Of a stretch of DNA of 64,000 nt, positions 44,814 to 60,137 are shown piece after piece; within the stretch, counting starts at the first letter, position 1; every line of letters begins with the position of its first letter. The notes under the pieces were generated by a model. It made no database searches and was not told the origin of the DNA. It saw only the letters and a program-made list of their open reading frames with translations. This stretch comes from Chrysomallon squamiferum (lineage: Eukaryota; Animalia; Mollusca), in NCBI GenBank assembly GCA_012295275.1, contig CM022670.1, positions 19,592,001-19,656,000 on the forward strand. The letters are read 5' to 3'. A program made the position numbers and the translations under genes.

Positions 44814-46160
44814 CGCAAACCTAAATTTACATACATACGTATATACAAACAAGCACATTCCAAAAACACAATTAGAAATACACACCTATATAAACATACC
44901 CACATATGAATTTATTAATTCGCCCAAAGTATTGTTATAATGGATAAAATAAACACTTTTATTTAATATTTCTAATTTTTTCCATAACACAAATATTTTG
45001 TTTCCACAATAAAATTTTACCTTCATCATTGTGAAATAACTCTGTGTTTTCCCATTCTGCCTGTGTAATAAGAAGACTACTTTACCTATTTTAGAATCTT
45101 GCTCTTCTGTGTGAGAACCATATCTGTGATGCAGTCAGCGTATGTGTAACTCAGACTGATTCATATATTTGTATCAAAGGTAGGCTGTCATACTAATATG
45201 CTTCTATACTGTATGCATATGTGTATATATACGTATCAGTTTACATGTATATATGCATTTGTGAATACGTGCATATATATATTCATGTGTGAATATATAT
45301 TTGTATGTATGTAAGTGTGAGTATGTACATATTTATATATTTATGTATGGATGGATGCCATGTATTTGTTCGAATATATGTGTCTGAGTTTTTATTTATA
45401 TTATTTCTCTTCAGATGATATTTCTCCATTAATGAAGGGTTACACCAAAGCGTTAAACTTGTCATTTTACTACAAAGTATATGAAGAGGAAAGAACGTAT
45501 GCTGAAGCAAAAAATATTTGCAGCGAAGAAGGGGCGAGATTAATTGAACCCGACACGCCTGAAAAAGATAATTACATAATTAACATCACTGAAGGTGAGA
45601 GTTCTTTTCTATTTCAGTATTGTTATAAATGTCTTTCTCCCTGCGTGTCTCTCAATCGTTATCCATGATTTTGTACCAAAAGATGTCTTAGCGGAGCGTC
45701 ACCTACATTTAGTGAAAATAAAGAAAAATTCAGCATTTAAATTCGCATAAGCAAACTGTTGGTAATTTTTACAATTAAAATAAAAAAAAAATAAAAAAAA
45801 AAAAAAAAACGAATACACTCCTAAATTATTTGACACGTTATTTTTAACTGCTTTTCTCTCTCTCGCGCGCGCGTTCTCTCTGTAATCTCATTCTTTCATT
45901 TATTTACGCGTGACTGATTTTTTTCAGACTTAGGACTGGGTAACGTTTTCTTTGGAGCGACGAATATTGAAGATAAAACAACGTGGCGCTGGAATTCAAA
46001 TAACGCAACGTTTACGTATACCCACTGGGGAAGTAATGAACCAAACAACTGGTACCAGAACGAATGGTGTGCCAGTTTTTATAAGCGTAAAAAACATCTT
46101 TGGAACGATTACCCATGCAGCTGTAAATGCATGTTTATTTGTGAAATAGTTATCTCTTAA
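43878..46160 (+). CDS. Secreted PAN/apple, half-EGF, C-type lectin protein (copy D), about 271 aa
   Basis: Exons 43878-44195, 45095-45179, 45415-45594, 45928-46160 (FFGATNIEDKTTWRW...HWGSNEPNNWYQNEWC...LWNDYPCSCKCMFICEIVIS*). Canonical EPN plus WND. Confidence 0.87.
44612..44810. repeat. (CATA)n microsatellite, about 200 nt
   Basis: Read directly from the sequence. Confidence 0.95.
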
Positions 46161-47273
46161 TAACGTACTGCTTAATAAATCATTAAAATTCGCCATTTGA
46201 GAAAGACTGATTAAAAAAAAATGATGAGGAAGCATTGTTTGTTTAATTTTTGTAATTTATATAATGTATTATCAGAAAGTTGCACTAATGATAACTTCAG
46301 TGAGGCCTCTTCAAACTGTAATATATCACTAATTCTGTAGAATATAAAACAATTCAATATATTGATTAATATAATTATATTCTAAAAGAATAAGACTTGA
46401 ATGCAGTTTAAATAATCAAGAGGAAAGTACTTTTCAGTTATAAAGTAAGATCATATCGATTAGTTGTTCATTGACAGCTTAATGTTTGGATACTTAGGAG
46501 TAGGTGTTTTACGTAGTGATAAACAAGCAAACCATTCAATTTTTGTTGCTACGGGATGCAGTTGGTATTATGGAAATCGTTTCTATCGTCATACATATTG
46601 ATTAAGTCTCTCATGATACAATTCTTGCAGTAAAGTATTTTTGTTGTATTTTTTTCTGCGAGTTTTTAAATAAAATAAATGAATTAATTGTAAATATTTT
46701 CCTGTATGAGTTGTATATGCATAAGTCTCTTTCTGGATGTTTTTGACAATATTTACACATACAAGTTATTTATTTTAGATGCAGAATAGTCCAGTTTTCA
46801 AATTTACTGTTGACTTTATTTTCTTACTTCTATATGTGGATCTAATTATTAAGCGTTTGTCTGGATGTGAGCGGTTTAGAATTGATCATTTTCTATTGGC
46901 CCACTTGTTGTTTCCCGTTCCACTCCGGTCTCTTTTCTTCGGCTGCGTATAATATTCTTTCTATAAAAAATTACTTATTGTTAATAAAAGAAATATCGCT
47001 TAAGCAGTGATTGTATGTTTCTTGTCTTAACTCTAATGTGTTTAATATATATATTATTATTATTAACCTAGGTACCATTTGCCCCGAAAATAATGATAAA
47101 TACACCCACATACACACGTTTGTTAATAGATTATCAATATTACGAAAATGCAATATTCTTTGAGTGCATTCTTTGAAAGCTTCAAACGCTGAAATCCTTA
47201 ACAATTATTTTTGTTTTACTCTTGAGTGGCGCCCAAGGCAGATGTCATACTAACAACATCTTAGCTACACAAC

Positions 47274-47276
<3 letters not shown>

Positions 47277-47360
<84 letters not shown>
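47277..47360. repeat. (AG)n microsatellite
   Basis: Read directly from the sequence. Confidence 0.95.
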
Positions 47361-47364
<4 letters not shown>

Positions 47365-47472
47365 AACGGGTATAGGTTTATACAGAATAATCGAAAGCAC
47401 TATTCCTGTTTAAACATTTGCGTACATAATATTAACTAAGATCTTTATTGAAAATATGATGTGTTATATTTA

Positions 47473-47511
<39 letters not shown>

Positions 47512-47647
47512 TCGAAGTTGCAAGGATTAGGAATCAACTTGGAGATATCGTTACATTCGAGATAATTAAAAATTCAAAAGGGGAGAACATTTTTTTTATT
47601 TTTATTTTATTTTTTTTATATTATTATTATTACTTTTATTAATATTA

Positions 47648-47678
<31 letters not shown>

Positions 47679-48415
47679 ATTTTTTTTGCGATAACTTACG
47701 TACAGTTTTTATTGAAAACTCACTGTATTCAGTGAAAGCACATCATTATTGAGATCACCAAATTCAAATGCATTATTAATGCATTTTGAAATACACATAT
47801 AATTTGTAAAAATTAAAATACTTTGTATTAAAAAAAAAATACATATAATAAGAACGGAAATAGTTTTATCAAAGAATTAATACAAATGTTTAATTTCAAC
47901 TTTTCGTATTCCGACCATTAAGATTTGTTTTCATGATAAAATATGATAGTTTGAATAATACTAGATGACTCAACAAATGCATTTACATTTTTTTTTTCGG
48001 AATTATTTCTTAAAAACATGACAAATAAAAGCCCTATTCCCGATATATATATATAATTACACACAATCCCATATTTTATCCCAAAGAATAATAGTTAGAC
48101 AAATAAGTCTACAATGACTGAGTAAAGACGATAATCAGAAAACCTTTCTTTATTTACTTATTTATTTATTTAACTTCGATAAAATTGTACAAAAAATATA
48201 TATATAAAATATTATATTTGGAGCCACACGTGATATTCGATATACATGTATTTTAATCTCGAGGTTCAAAACACGCTTACAAATTGTCACGTTCATACAG
48301 AGAAACTGTCGGGATTCACGTGTTGCTTCGAGATAGCGTGACCTTCCAGTCTGAGAGAGTTTACTGTCTACAGGTACTGGCAGACAAAATTTAATCTTGC
48401 AACAAACAATAACTG

Positions 48416-48447
<32 letters not shown>

Positions 48448-49373
48448 TTTTTTTTTTATTTAATTGTTGTTTGTTGTTTTTTTTTTTTTGGGGGGGGGGT
48501 TTACAAAAAAGGAAACCACAAACAGTTATGTGTCTATCTTTATTCCAATAAAAGTTATGGCTGATAATATTCTCAAATCATTCATTAAAAAAAAATAATA
48601 ATAAATCATTTTGAAAAAATCTTATTTTATTTGCCTGCTGAGATCTTTCACGAATTTATACAATGAAGTACAAAAATGCACAGATTTAAAGCATTTAACA
48701 TAAAAATACAGTTTAATTTTTTACAGATTTATCCCTTGCAGTAATCTGAGCTAGCAGTTCACTAAAATTGGCTCTTAAGCCCAAAAATCTGGGCAGATTG
48801 ATTGTTTTCTCTCATTACTTTAAAATACAATACAATGCCTAAATTTAATGTTTGATGCTTCTATCAGTAATCTACACTAACTATAAAATTATGCCATAAT
48901 ATATTTAGTATATTGTTGTTATTGTTGTTGTAGCTATTAGTGGTAGCAATGATGCTGATAGATGTCTCACTGATTATTTATTTATCTGCTTAAAAAACCA
49001 AAATATACTTGTTTTTATAATAACTACTTGCTTGAAAATAAGAAGGAATAATTATTTAAATAGTTGACCTTTGTTGTTCTTTTTTTTTTTTTTTTAACAA
49101 AAATGGACATTCCAGTGTCATCAATAGAGTTAAGTGCTGTCAAAAGTGGACTCAAAAATATGTGTTTAAAAAGACAGTGAACTAACATTTGTGGTACCTG
49201 ACAAAGATTATTTTATTTCACCTCTAAACTGCAGATAGCATTGTATCTGTTTAGTTCAATCTGATATAAATTATTTACTGTGTGAACCTCTATCTTCTGT
49301 TTTGACTGTCATTGGCTGAGCACCTTGAAAAATCCCTTTAAAAATATTGTTTTTCTCAACATTACAAACACAC

Positions 49374-49409
<36 letters not shown>

Positions 49410-49857
49410 TACATACACACATACACAGATACATACATACATACACACATACACAGATACATACATACATACATATGCAGATACATCTACAAACTAACAC
49501 ACATGCAGACAATGTGTACATGTATGTATATATCTATGTATGTATGTATGTAAGTATGTATGAATGTATGTATGTGAATGGATGGATGGATGTATTTATA
49601 TAACTGGTCTGCATGTGTGTCTGTGTGCTTCTGTGTCTGTCAGTGTGACTGTATTTGAATGTGTGGCTATTTGTATGATGATGTCTGTATGTATGTAATG
49701 TATGTAATGTATTTATGTAATTACAGTCAGCTGCATTGTTATTCATCAGATTTCAGTGTATGATGAGTGGTCCACTTAGAAAATAAGAGGTTAAACAAAA
49801 GGAACACTTTCTATGTAAAATCATCATTTCCTGGTTTGTTAGTAGTGACAGCTAGAA

Positions 49858-50923
49858 ATGGCGTCAGAAAAAAGTTTTTCTTGTAGTTTGCTTCTTTCTG
49901 CAATCAGGGCAGGTTTTTGCCAGTTTCGGTAAGCTCTAGTTTTCATTTTTACCTTAGGCCATTAGGCAATGTTTTGATTGAATGGTTAAAAACATTTCTA
50001 GTGACAATAATAGATGCTGTAGTAACAGTGTTGTTTTTATTATTAATATTAGCAGTGGTATAAGTAGTTGTACTGCTATCATTTATAATTATTGTAATTA
50101 TTATTATTATTAGTAGTAGTAGTAAACAAATATAAATCATAATTTAAAATTCAATAAAATTTATTTGCCCATGTATATAATGGGGTTGTCATTTAGTGCA
50201 TATTCTTCTTGCTAGTATAATATAATTGCATTAAAATATTTTGATTTGACCTTACATGTGACATTACTGAATCATATACAAAACTTCCTATTTGAGTAGC
50301 ATCCTGTTCATGAAATAGGATCCAGTTAACATGAGATAATATACTTCCCTGTTACCATTATTATTCATATTATTAGCATTATTATTATTACTATCATCAA
50401 AAATATAATCATCATTATTACTGTTATCATCATTTTATTATTCTTATCATCATTATAATTAGATCATTATTATTATTATTATTATTATTGTCTGAATGTT
50501 ATTATAGTTTGGTTTGTGAATATTTTTGTATGCTTTTTGTTCTTGTTGTTAGCAATAATAATAATAATAATCATAATAATAGTAATAATAATCAGTATCA
50601 TTATTATCATTATTATTATTATTCTCTTTTAGTTAACGTGGCTCTAAAAATGCCGACATATCAGAGTTCAAACTATGATTTGTATCAGTCTTCAACTGGA
50701 GTAGATGGCACCACTATCCAAAGTGGATATAATTTTATTCATACTGCACTAAAGCAAAACTATACTTGGTGGGAAGTGGATCTGAGAAGAATACACTTTG
50801 TTCATTATGTGACAATCTACTTCAGAACTGATTGTAAGCAGAGTTTTAAAATTATAAAAAATGTATCATATACAAGATAACTGCTGTGAGGTCCTGCTGA
50901 TATGAAATTATTGATATCCAGTA

Positions 50924-50984
<61 letters not shown>

Positions 50985-53038
50985 GATTATTATTGGAGTA
51001 GTAGTAGTAGTAGTAATTGTAGTAGTAGAAGTAGTAGTAGTAGCATTTATTATAATTATTAATAATTTCATCATATCATTATTTATTATTAATCATCATC
51101 AACATCACTAATGTAATAATGTAGTCATGCACATTATGATTGTATAATTTGAGGCACAGACAGACCTACTTCAGTCTCTCTTCTTTTCTATTTTTTGTCT
51201 TTAGATAAATTTAGAAGAAATGGTGTTCAGATATACAGTAGTGTGGTGTGCAATCAGTCTAACAGTGGTCATCTCTGTGATACAGTTACTGGTAATAAAA
51301 ATGGATCAGATATACCAGATGTCATGAACATTACATGTAACAGCAATGCTAGATGCATCACTGTCTATCTGGATGTGGATAATGGTGATTCTACTGTTTT
51401 GGATTTCTTGGAAGTGGAAGTCTATGGTATGTTATTAAATGTTAATACTGAACACATTAAATAGACAGTAAGTAAACAAACTTCATGTATATGAAATGAA
51501 AGTGGATTTAAATGGAAGAAGTAATAGAACCATAATGCTTTGGGATTTTATGTTTTGTTTGAGCAGCAATAACATTTATTTATTTAATTATTTATTTATG
51601 GATTTAAATTTTTTTAATTTAATTATCATCATCAACATCATCATTATTTTTATACATTTAATTCATATGCAGTTTTGACATTTAAGAGATAACAATTATA
51701 ATACATATAGATCTGATAGAACCATTTCACAGAACCATTTACTAATGACATTGCTGTTATACACTTTATAGTTCACTGATATGTCAATTTTATTTTTATA
51801 CAATTTTGATTTTGTTGTGTTGCTTTTTTATTATTATTTTTGGATTAGCAGCATCAATAGTAGTAGTAGTAGTAGTAGTGATAGTTGTTGTAGTAGTAGT
51901 AACAGTAGTAATAGTGGTAGTAATAGTAATAGCTGTAGTAGTAGCAACAGCATAAACAGTAGTAGAAAATGAATAAGAAAAGTAATGATAGTCTTAGTAG
52001 TAACAGTAACAGAGGTAATATTATTATTATTTCATGACAATAAAAGTACTTTTCTCTTAGATACATTTACTTAAAAGTGTGTGTGTGTGTGTGATAACAT
52101 GATAAATATATCTGTAGTGTGTGGTAATGGGTCTTATGGTTCTGAATGTGCCAACTCGTGTGATAATCGTCATTGTGTAAACATAACATCAACCTGTGAT
52201 CCGCAGACAGGGGAATGTGATGAAGGATGTGAGCCAGGCTGGGAAGGAGGAGACTGTTTGATAGGTATTGTTTTTGTTAAATAATTATCCAGTAGTTTGT
52301 ATCTAACGTCTGCCTGTGTATCTGTCTTTCTGTATGTGATTTTGTTTGTCTATATCAATCTATCCATCCATCCATCATTACTCTTTCTGTCTGTCTGACT
52401 GACCAGTCACTGATTGCTTTTCTGACTGTCTTTAATACTTACAGACACACAAAATCACACATACACACAAACACAGGTCTGTAACAAAGTGTTTGAGTTA
52501 TTGATCTGATTTTAAGAAGGGAATTTTGGTTTAAACTGACAAAACCACATATCCTACAACATATATTATGTAATTTGAGAAATAAAGAGAGAGAGAGAGA
52601 GAGAGGTGGGGTTTACAAGTGTTTGCTCTAACCTTATGTCTGCATTATATTTATATAGTTTGTATTTTTAATGGAAGTGTACAGTAACTAAGTGTTAATG
52701 GAAACATACAGATAACTTATTTTTTACTTGTCAATATTAGTATGCATCGATATTTCATTTTGTTTCCATAACCAGCTCGTGAAGAGAATGAGACAAATGG
52801 TCCAAATTGTACAAATGTATGCCATTTATTCATCTTCCATTGACACATTCACTGGTTTGTGTTCAAGGGGTATAAAGCAGGATGGAATGGGACAGATTGT
52901 TTAGAAAGTAAATTTTCGTGTGTTATATTATTATTATTTATTGTTATCATCATCATCATAATTACAGTATGAGACATTAACACTTCATATATATGCATGC
53001 ATACACATATAGAAATATATAGTTTTATGTCTACATAC

Positions 53039-53081
<43 letters not shown>

Positions 53082-53740
53082 CAAAGTACAAAAAATATTT
53101 TGGTGAGTGGAGTTTATCCTTCTGTGTCAGTGCATACTTACATATTGTCTATGTTCAGGTATAATCCAATGTACATAATAAAACAGAACAGTCGTCCAGT
53201 GCCTACCCAAATTTGTACATACACAGATAAATCTATTCTAAACAAAATATAACTTATGGGCCTAATTGTGGAAATACTTGTATCGATTGACATTGTGTCT
53301 TGTTGCCTGCATCATGTAATACTGAGACAGGTGACTGTGGTTCTGAAGGCTGTATGCCTGGATGGATAGGAGTAGACTGCATACAAGGTGTTTTTAGTTC
53401 CTTTATTTTGTTTAGTACTTGCTTGTGATTAAAACTACACACTTTTTGGGAGTATATTAGAATGTGACTGTATCAGTAATTGTTAGAGTATACTTGTATA
53501 GTGAATCAAAGTCGCAGAAAAAAATCATTTATTTTATATTTGATTAATACATATAGCTAACCGATTCAATAGTTTCAGTGTACATGCAAACAGACACAAA
53601 AATATATTTCTTTCATTCCTTCTATTTTTCCTTTTCCTTACTCTATTTTATGTTCTATTTTGATTCTTTGTTATGCATGCCCATTATAATCAGTTTGTGA
53701 TTAATATTTTAAATAAAAATGAATTAAAATGATAAAAGAT

Positions 53741-53821
<81 letters not shown>

Positions 53822-54166
53822 TACAGAGAGATACAAAGAGATATAGATATAGATACAGAGATACATAAACATACATACACACACAGACATACATTTCAAA
53901 AATATTTTTAGCATAAATTATTTATCTATGTATTCTTGTTTTTGTTTTAAGTTTCAGAATTGTTTTCTCGGACTAGTTTGATTGCGGGGTCTGTATCAGG
54001 CACTGTTGTGTTTACTATTGTGATCTTGATAATCCTGATATTGTTGATATGGTAAGCTTTTCTCTGACTTAAATATCTTGTTTTATTAATCTGAGTAAAT
54101 GATTTGTGTTTATTTTTCTCAGAACTCATATAAACATGGTGTGAAGAACATACATATACACACAGA

Positions 54167-54213
<47 letters not shown>

Positions 54214-54979
54214 TAATATATACAGTGGTACCTTGAGTTACAAGTTAAATTCATTCCGTGACCAATCTCATATCTCAATTTGCTTGTATATCAAATCAGT
54301 TTTCCCAACTGAAATTAATTGAAATACCATTAATCCATTCCAGCCCCCCAAAAATCACACATTTTTTTTTTTTTTTTTTTTTTTTTTTGATGTAACGTGT
54401 TTTTAAATAAGAAAATTGTATTTATAAATGGCAAATATTGAATAAAAACAAAATAAAAGAGAATATAAAGAAATAAATTCGTTTTGTAAAGTGTAGTTAT
54501 CTTGGAAGTAAGACAAATTATTTTAATGCCTTTGGTTGGAGTTACAACCTTTATTGACTCCTTCAGCTTCAGTATGGTGCATATCGTAGAAGTATTATGC
54601 TCATACTGTCTAGCCAAGTCAACAAGATGCACACCTCGTTCATGGTTTACTATGAATTCAAGGTTTAATTCAATGGACATCATCCACTTCTTCTACTCAG
54701 CACTGCCCTTTGCACTCACTTTCTTAGGATTCATGGCCAGAAAAAAAGAAAATTTGGCAAAATACTGCATAAAAGGTGAGCACAACATAACAGAGATGGT
54801 TCCACGGTGAGATAACCACGTGAAATAAATGAGTGAGACTTGGGATGCTGGCCGGATGTTATGTTGTTTGTTACACCAACTAGTGGCAGCATATCTGAAG
54901 CTCACTCGTATCTTGGATTTTGGCTCCCAACTCAAAGCATAAAATAGACCAGGCAACTAAGTTGAGGTACCACTGTATA

Positions 54980-55015
<36 letters not shown>

Positions 55016-58000
55016 CAATGCGTATTCATACTCACACACATATGCATCTAACAGATGCTTATTAAGCATATGCAGCATATACACTTTGGTAAAATCATTT
55101 AGCCAAAAGAGAACAACATAATCCTACTCACATAATAAGAAATATATAAAACTGTAACATGTAGTAATGTTACAGAAATCATTGACTTTTCATTAATTAT
55201 CTTCTTTTTGTTTTCAAACAAAGGCGGAAAACCAGTAAGAACACAGACGAGAATATCAAAAAATCAAGTGATGGGACAACAACAAAACAGGATTTTAGTA
55301 TGTATTATTATCATTATTAGGAAACAATCAGCATTTACTGTGTTTAGAGGTTATTTCTAATAATTAAAAGAAGATGACAAACATAAGAATGGTAATAGTA
55401 ATAGTAGTAGTAGTAGTAGTAGTAGTAGATGTAGTAGCTGTTGTAGCATTACTGATAATAGTGATAAAAGCAGTAAAAGTAATATTAGAAGTTACAGTAA
55501 TTGCAGTAGCCTTAGTAGTAATAGTAGTAGTAGCAGTAGCAGTGGTAACTGTAGTAGTAGAAGTAGTAATGCAAATAGAAATAACAAGAATGTTTATTTT
55601 TCTGTGTTGCAGAAGGTACAAATGTGTATGCCAATGCTGCTTTTGCAATACCAGAAATGAATGAAGTGATGGATGAAACAACACAGGAATCAACAAATAC
55701 TAATTTAGCTTTTGAAGAGGTGGATGAACAAGAGATAGAAGAAGAAAATCAGGGATCTGTGTACTGCAATGTATCTGACTTCAATCTGCCAGAGGAAGGA
55801 GTAGTGATCAGCAATTTGTCTGGTATTATTGAGAACATCAGAAAACAGCCTGGTGGATTTGAAACAGAGTTTAAGGTTGGTGTCACATCATAGTGGTATT
55901 CTATGATAAATAATTAAAATGTGTATCTTAAATACTGAACTAAAAGCAGATGTTTTGATGTAGTGCATTTTAGTGCAGAAAAAGTATTTTGATAATAATA
56001 CCTAAACATTTGGTTGCATATATAATTGTACTATTTATACAGTTAAAGAAATGTATATATAATATCCCAATATACTTTTTTAACTGTATATATTTGTATC
56101 AAAAATAAAACTTCATTCATAATGATTTCTTAATTTTGGTTCAAATCCAGCTAAGATGCATTAAATGAATTTCATTTTTGAACTTAATATTTATATGCTC
56201 TATGAAAGTTTTCTATATAAACCCTTCCCTATATTCATATACGTAGTATCTATAACTTTTTCATGTTTATAGATAGATTATTTACAGTGTATATGGTTCG
56301 TGACCATTGTGAAATCAGTTAATATGATAATGATCATAAATTCCATCACTTACTTTTTAGAAACTGCCAAACGAATTTACGTCTTCCTTTGATGAATCAC
56401 AGATTCCAGAAAACAAGCCAAAAAACAGATTCAAGGGGTATTATCCATGTATGTGCCAAGAAATTAGTATGATCATCATCATTATTGTTGTTCCTGTTAT
56501 TACTGGAGATATTAATGACCATTTTATTTTTTCAGTTGGTTTTGTATTCCATTTATTATATGCACAAACACATACATATTACTATTATTAACATCAGAAG
56601 AAACATTCAGAGCACCAAATATGCTGCGTATGAGGCACAATATAAATGCATTTATTTTATTATTATTATTATTATAAGAATAGAATTTGTAAGGTCATAC
56701 TCTACTGTACTCAGTCATGAAATTATAACAAGAAAGGAAATCAGTTCATTCTTCTTTTAGGGATTTGATTATTTGTTTGTATGTATAATTGTTTGTTTGT
56801 TTGCTTTTTGTTTATTTATATATTTATTCTTAAAGATGACTGGAATCGTGTACTTTTGTCAGTGTTGCCTGATGAACCGCATTCAGATTACATCAATGCC
56901 AGCTACATTGATGTGAGCCACTTACAAACATAACATTTTAAAATCACACCATATGAACATGTGCACTTGTACATATACTTCAGTGGATACATTAATACAA
57001 ATAACTTTCTTCTTGTTTCAAAACAGCAAACCTTAATTTCATCCTCATACTAATACACAGATATGAATCAGCTTCATAGTCCAAAGTTTTTATTACATAA
57101 TATTTAAAGGATATCCTGATACTTAAGATATTTATCATTTTCAACATGATCAGATTTCCTTTTGTTTGTTTTTGGTAATACATATCTTATTTGTTGGTAA
57201 AATGTAAAATTGCTTTTCACTGTTTGTTTTTCAGTCTTATTCAGAGAAGAATTATTTCATTGCAGCTCAGGGTATTTATCAGTTTTTTGTGTGGATATAC
57301 ATGCATGTTAAAAATAAATGAATGCAAAAATAACATATTCATCCAATAAAATAGGAAGCAATGACTTTGTTTCAGTATTTATTTATTTATTTATTTGCCT
57401 ATATATTTATTTACTAATTTATTTATTTATTTATCTTTCATTTGTCAGATTATATACTCGTTTGGTAACAAAAATAAAATGGTTTATTATTTAGAGAGGT
57501 GTGTGTGAGAGTGCTGTTTTATTTCTTTTCTTGTTTTGTTTTGATTTGTTTTCTATTTTAGTATTAGATTTTCTTATTTTCTTTTTATTTTAATATTTCA
57601 GCTCCAAACCAAATTACGTTACAAGACTTCTGGCGAATGATCTGGGAAAAAGATTGTAGATGCATTGTTATGTTAACAAAACTTGTTGAAGCTACTAAGG
57701 TAAATAAGCAATATATATATATGTATATGAATGTGTATATGTCTGTGTGTGAGTATATGTGTGTGTGTGGGTTGGTGTCTGTGTGTGTATTATGTATAGT
57801 GTCTGTGGATGGATGAATATCAATATATATGTTTACACATACTACTGTTTGGAGTGCTTTTGTAGCTTGTTGTTATAACTATCACATTATATTAAATTAT
57901 TATTTTATTATAATGAATGATTGTCTGTTTATCATCACATTAATTATTTTTCATCAACTTGATTATAATTCAGAAAAAGTGTGAGCCCTACTGGTCAGAT

Positions 58001-59321
58001 GAAAGAAAGATGACATTTGGAAACTTTATTGTGGAAGTGACTGAAAAGAAAGAAAGACGTGACTATGTATACAGAAAAGTGTTTGTAAAGCATACAGAGG
58101 TAGGATTTGATATGATGATGTTTATAATCCAAATAAAGTGATTGTTTTTGAATGTATGTTTTACTCGCTGTAACAATTTGCATATTATGTATCATTTATT
58201 AACACCATCAAAAAGCATTTATAATCATTTATAATACATAGGCTAGTTTTAATACAAGATTCATACATTCATTTGCTTTTTAGAGTGGGAAATCAAAACT
58301 ATTTCAACAGTTTCATTTTATTATGTGGCCTGACCATGGCGTTCCTGTCATACCTGATTTCATAGAATTTATGTGGCAAGTTCGAAAAACAAAACCTACT
58401 CTTTCTGGACCTGTCCTTGTACATTGCAGGTAAGAAGTTACTCATTATTCATAAATCATTTAAAATTTAAGAATTAATTTAACATATATAAATTCACCTT
58501 TTTCTCATTTGCAGATGATATTACGAGCTTTAAATTTTATTATTAAACAATTTCAGTGCTGGTGTTGGTCGAACTGGGACATACATAGCTTTAGAGATTC
58601 TTCTGGATGAGATGGAGACAACAGGACGGGTTGATGTCTTCAAAGCACTGACAAATTTGCGTGATCAACGAAAGGGCTTAATCCAGACAAAGGTAAATAT
58701 TTACTTTCAGTTATGTGTGAGCTTCAGAATTCAAAAGTTAGTTTACGAAAACTATTAACTAAATATATCAAACATTACAAACACTACGAAATATTTGCTT
58801 AATAGTTTTAGGTGCATTTCTCTTTAGAGAAACACTAAAAAAACAGTGTGCTACACCATCCATGCTTCTGATTGCAGTTCAGTACTGTGTCTTCATATAT
58901 TGGCCATTACTGATGAATCTTTACATAAAATTTAAAAAAAATTATGCTAATACTATTAGTTATTGTCTATAAATATTACTTCAAAATTATAATTTAGTTC
59001 AGTTTATTTATTTTCATTATTCTAATTATTATGTTATGATACTGATATTGTTCCTAATGTCCTTGTTCTTTTTCTTGATTCTTGTTGGGATTTTTTGTTG
59101 TTGTTTATTTGTTTGCTTGTTTTTGTTTTTTGATTCTGCTGTTCATTATGAATACTATTGCAATAGGAACAATATGAAATGATATTTATCACCTTGCTTC
59201 AATTACTAAATTTTGGCAATACCTGCAAGGAGCATCTTGAATTTCAACATGATTATCCAGAACAGAGAGATTGTCTGATTATGGGGAAGAAAACAGTTCA
59301 GCAATTAGCTGAGGTAAAGGA

Positions 59322-59363
<42 letters not shown>

Positions 59364-60036
59364 TACACACATACATACAAAGAGAGAGAGAAAGATCTTA
59401 AAACGGTTTGCTTTGTTGTCTATTTATTTCAGGTATTTTCATAATGTTTTTTAACATTTGCTAATCACATATTTATTTTAGCTGCTCTGTTTTTTGTTTC
59501 TTCTCTGTATATTGATAAAGTCTATTATATATAATTTTATTAAGGTTTTTTTATGGTTCAGTTAGTGTTAGAATTTTATTTGCTATTTATAAATGCATGG
59601 AACTCAAGTCAAAGAAAACCAGCAAAACAGATTCAAGTAATATGTTTAAAACACATTTTTTTCCATCTAAATAGATGTATTGTAATTTAAACTTCAAATA
59701 CAATGACATGATTAGGCAAACCTTATTATGCAATAAATTTAATTTTAAACTATTATTGCAACAATTGATTTTTCTGTTCTTAGGAAATTGCTGCAGCAAA
59801 TGTCATTTTATATGAAGGTAAATATTTGTTTATTTAAAAAGATGACACTTATAAGAAAAACAGTAATTATTATTATCAACTGATATGAATTTATTTTCTT
59901 TATTTATTTTATTATTATTGTTTGTTGCTATTTTTTTGTTTGTTTGTTTTTTGTTGTTTTTTATTGTTGTTTTCCTTTTTCCTGATATATCTTTTGCTTG
60001 TCTTTTTATGTTATATACAAAATATACAGAAAAAAT

Positions 60037-60071
<35 letters not shown>

Positions 60072-60095
60072 GTTATTATTATTGTTATGATTATG

Positions 60096-60137
<42 letters not shown>

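Noticed and set aside
59562-59640. Peptide ENQQNRFK resembling a D2 KNRY-motif exon
   Set aside because: Immediately followed by a stop and out of phase with the nearest acceptor; left out of the model.
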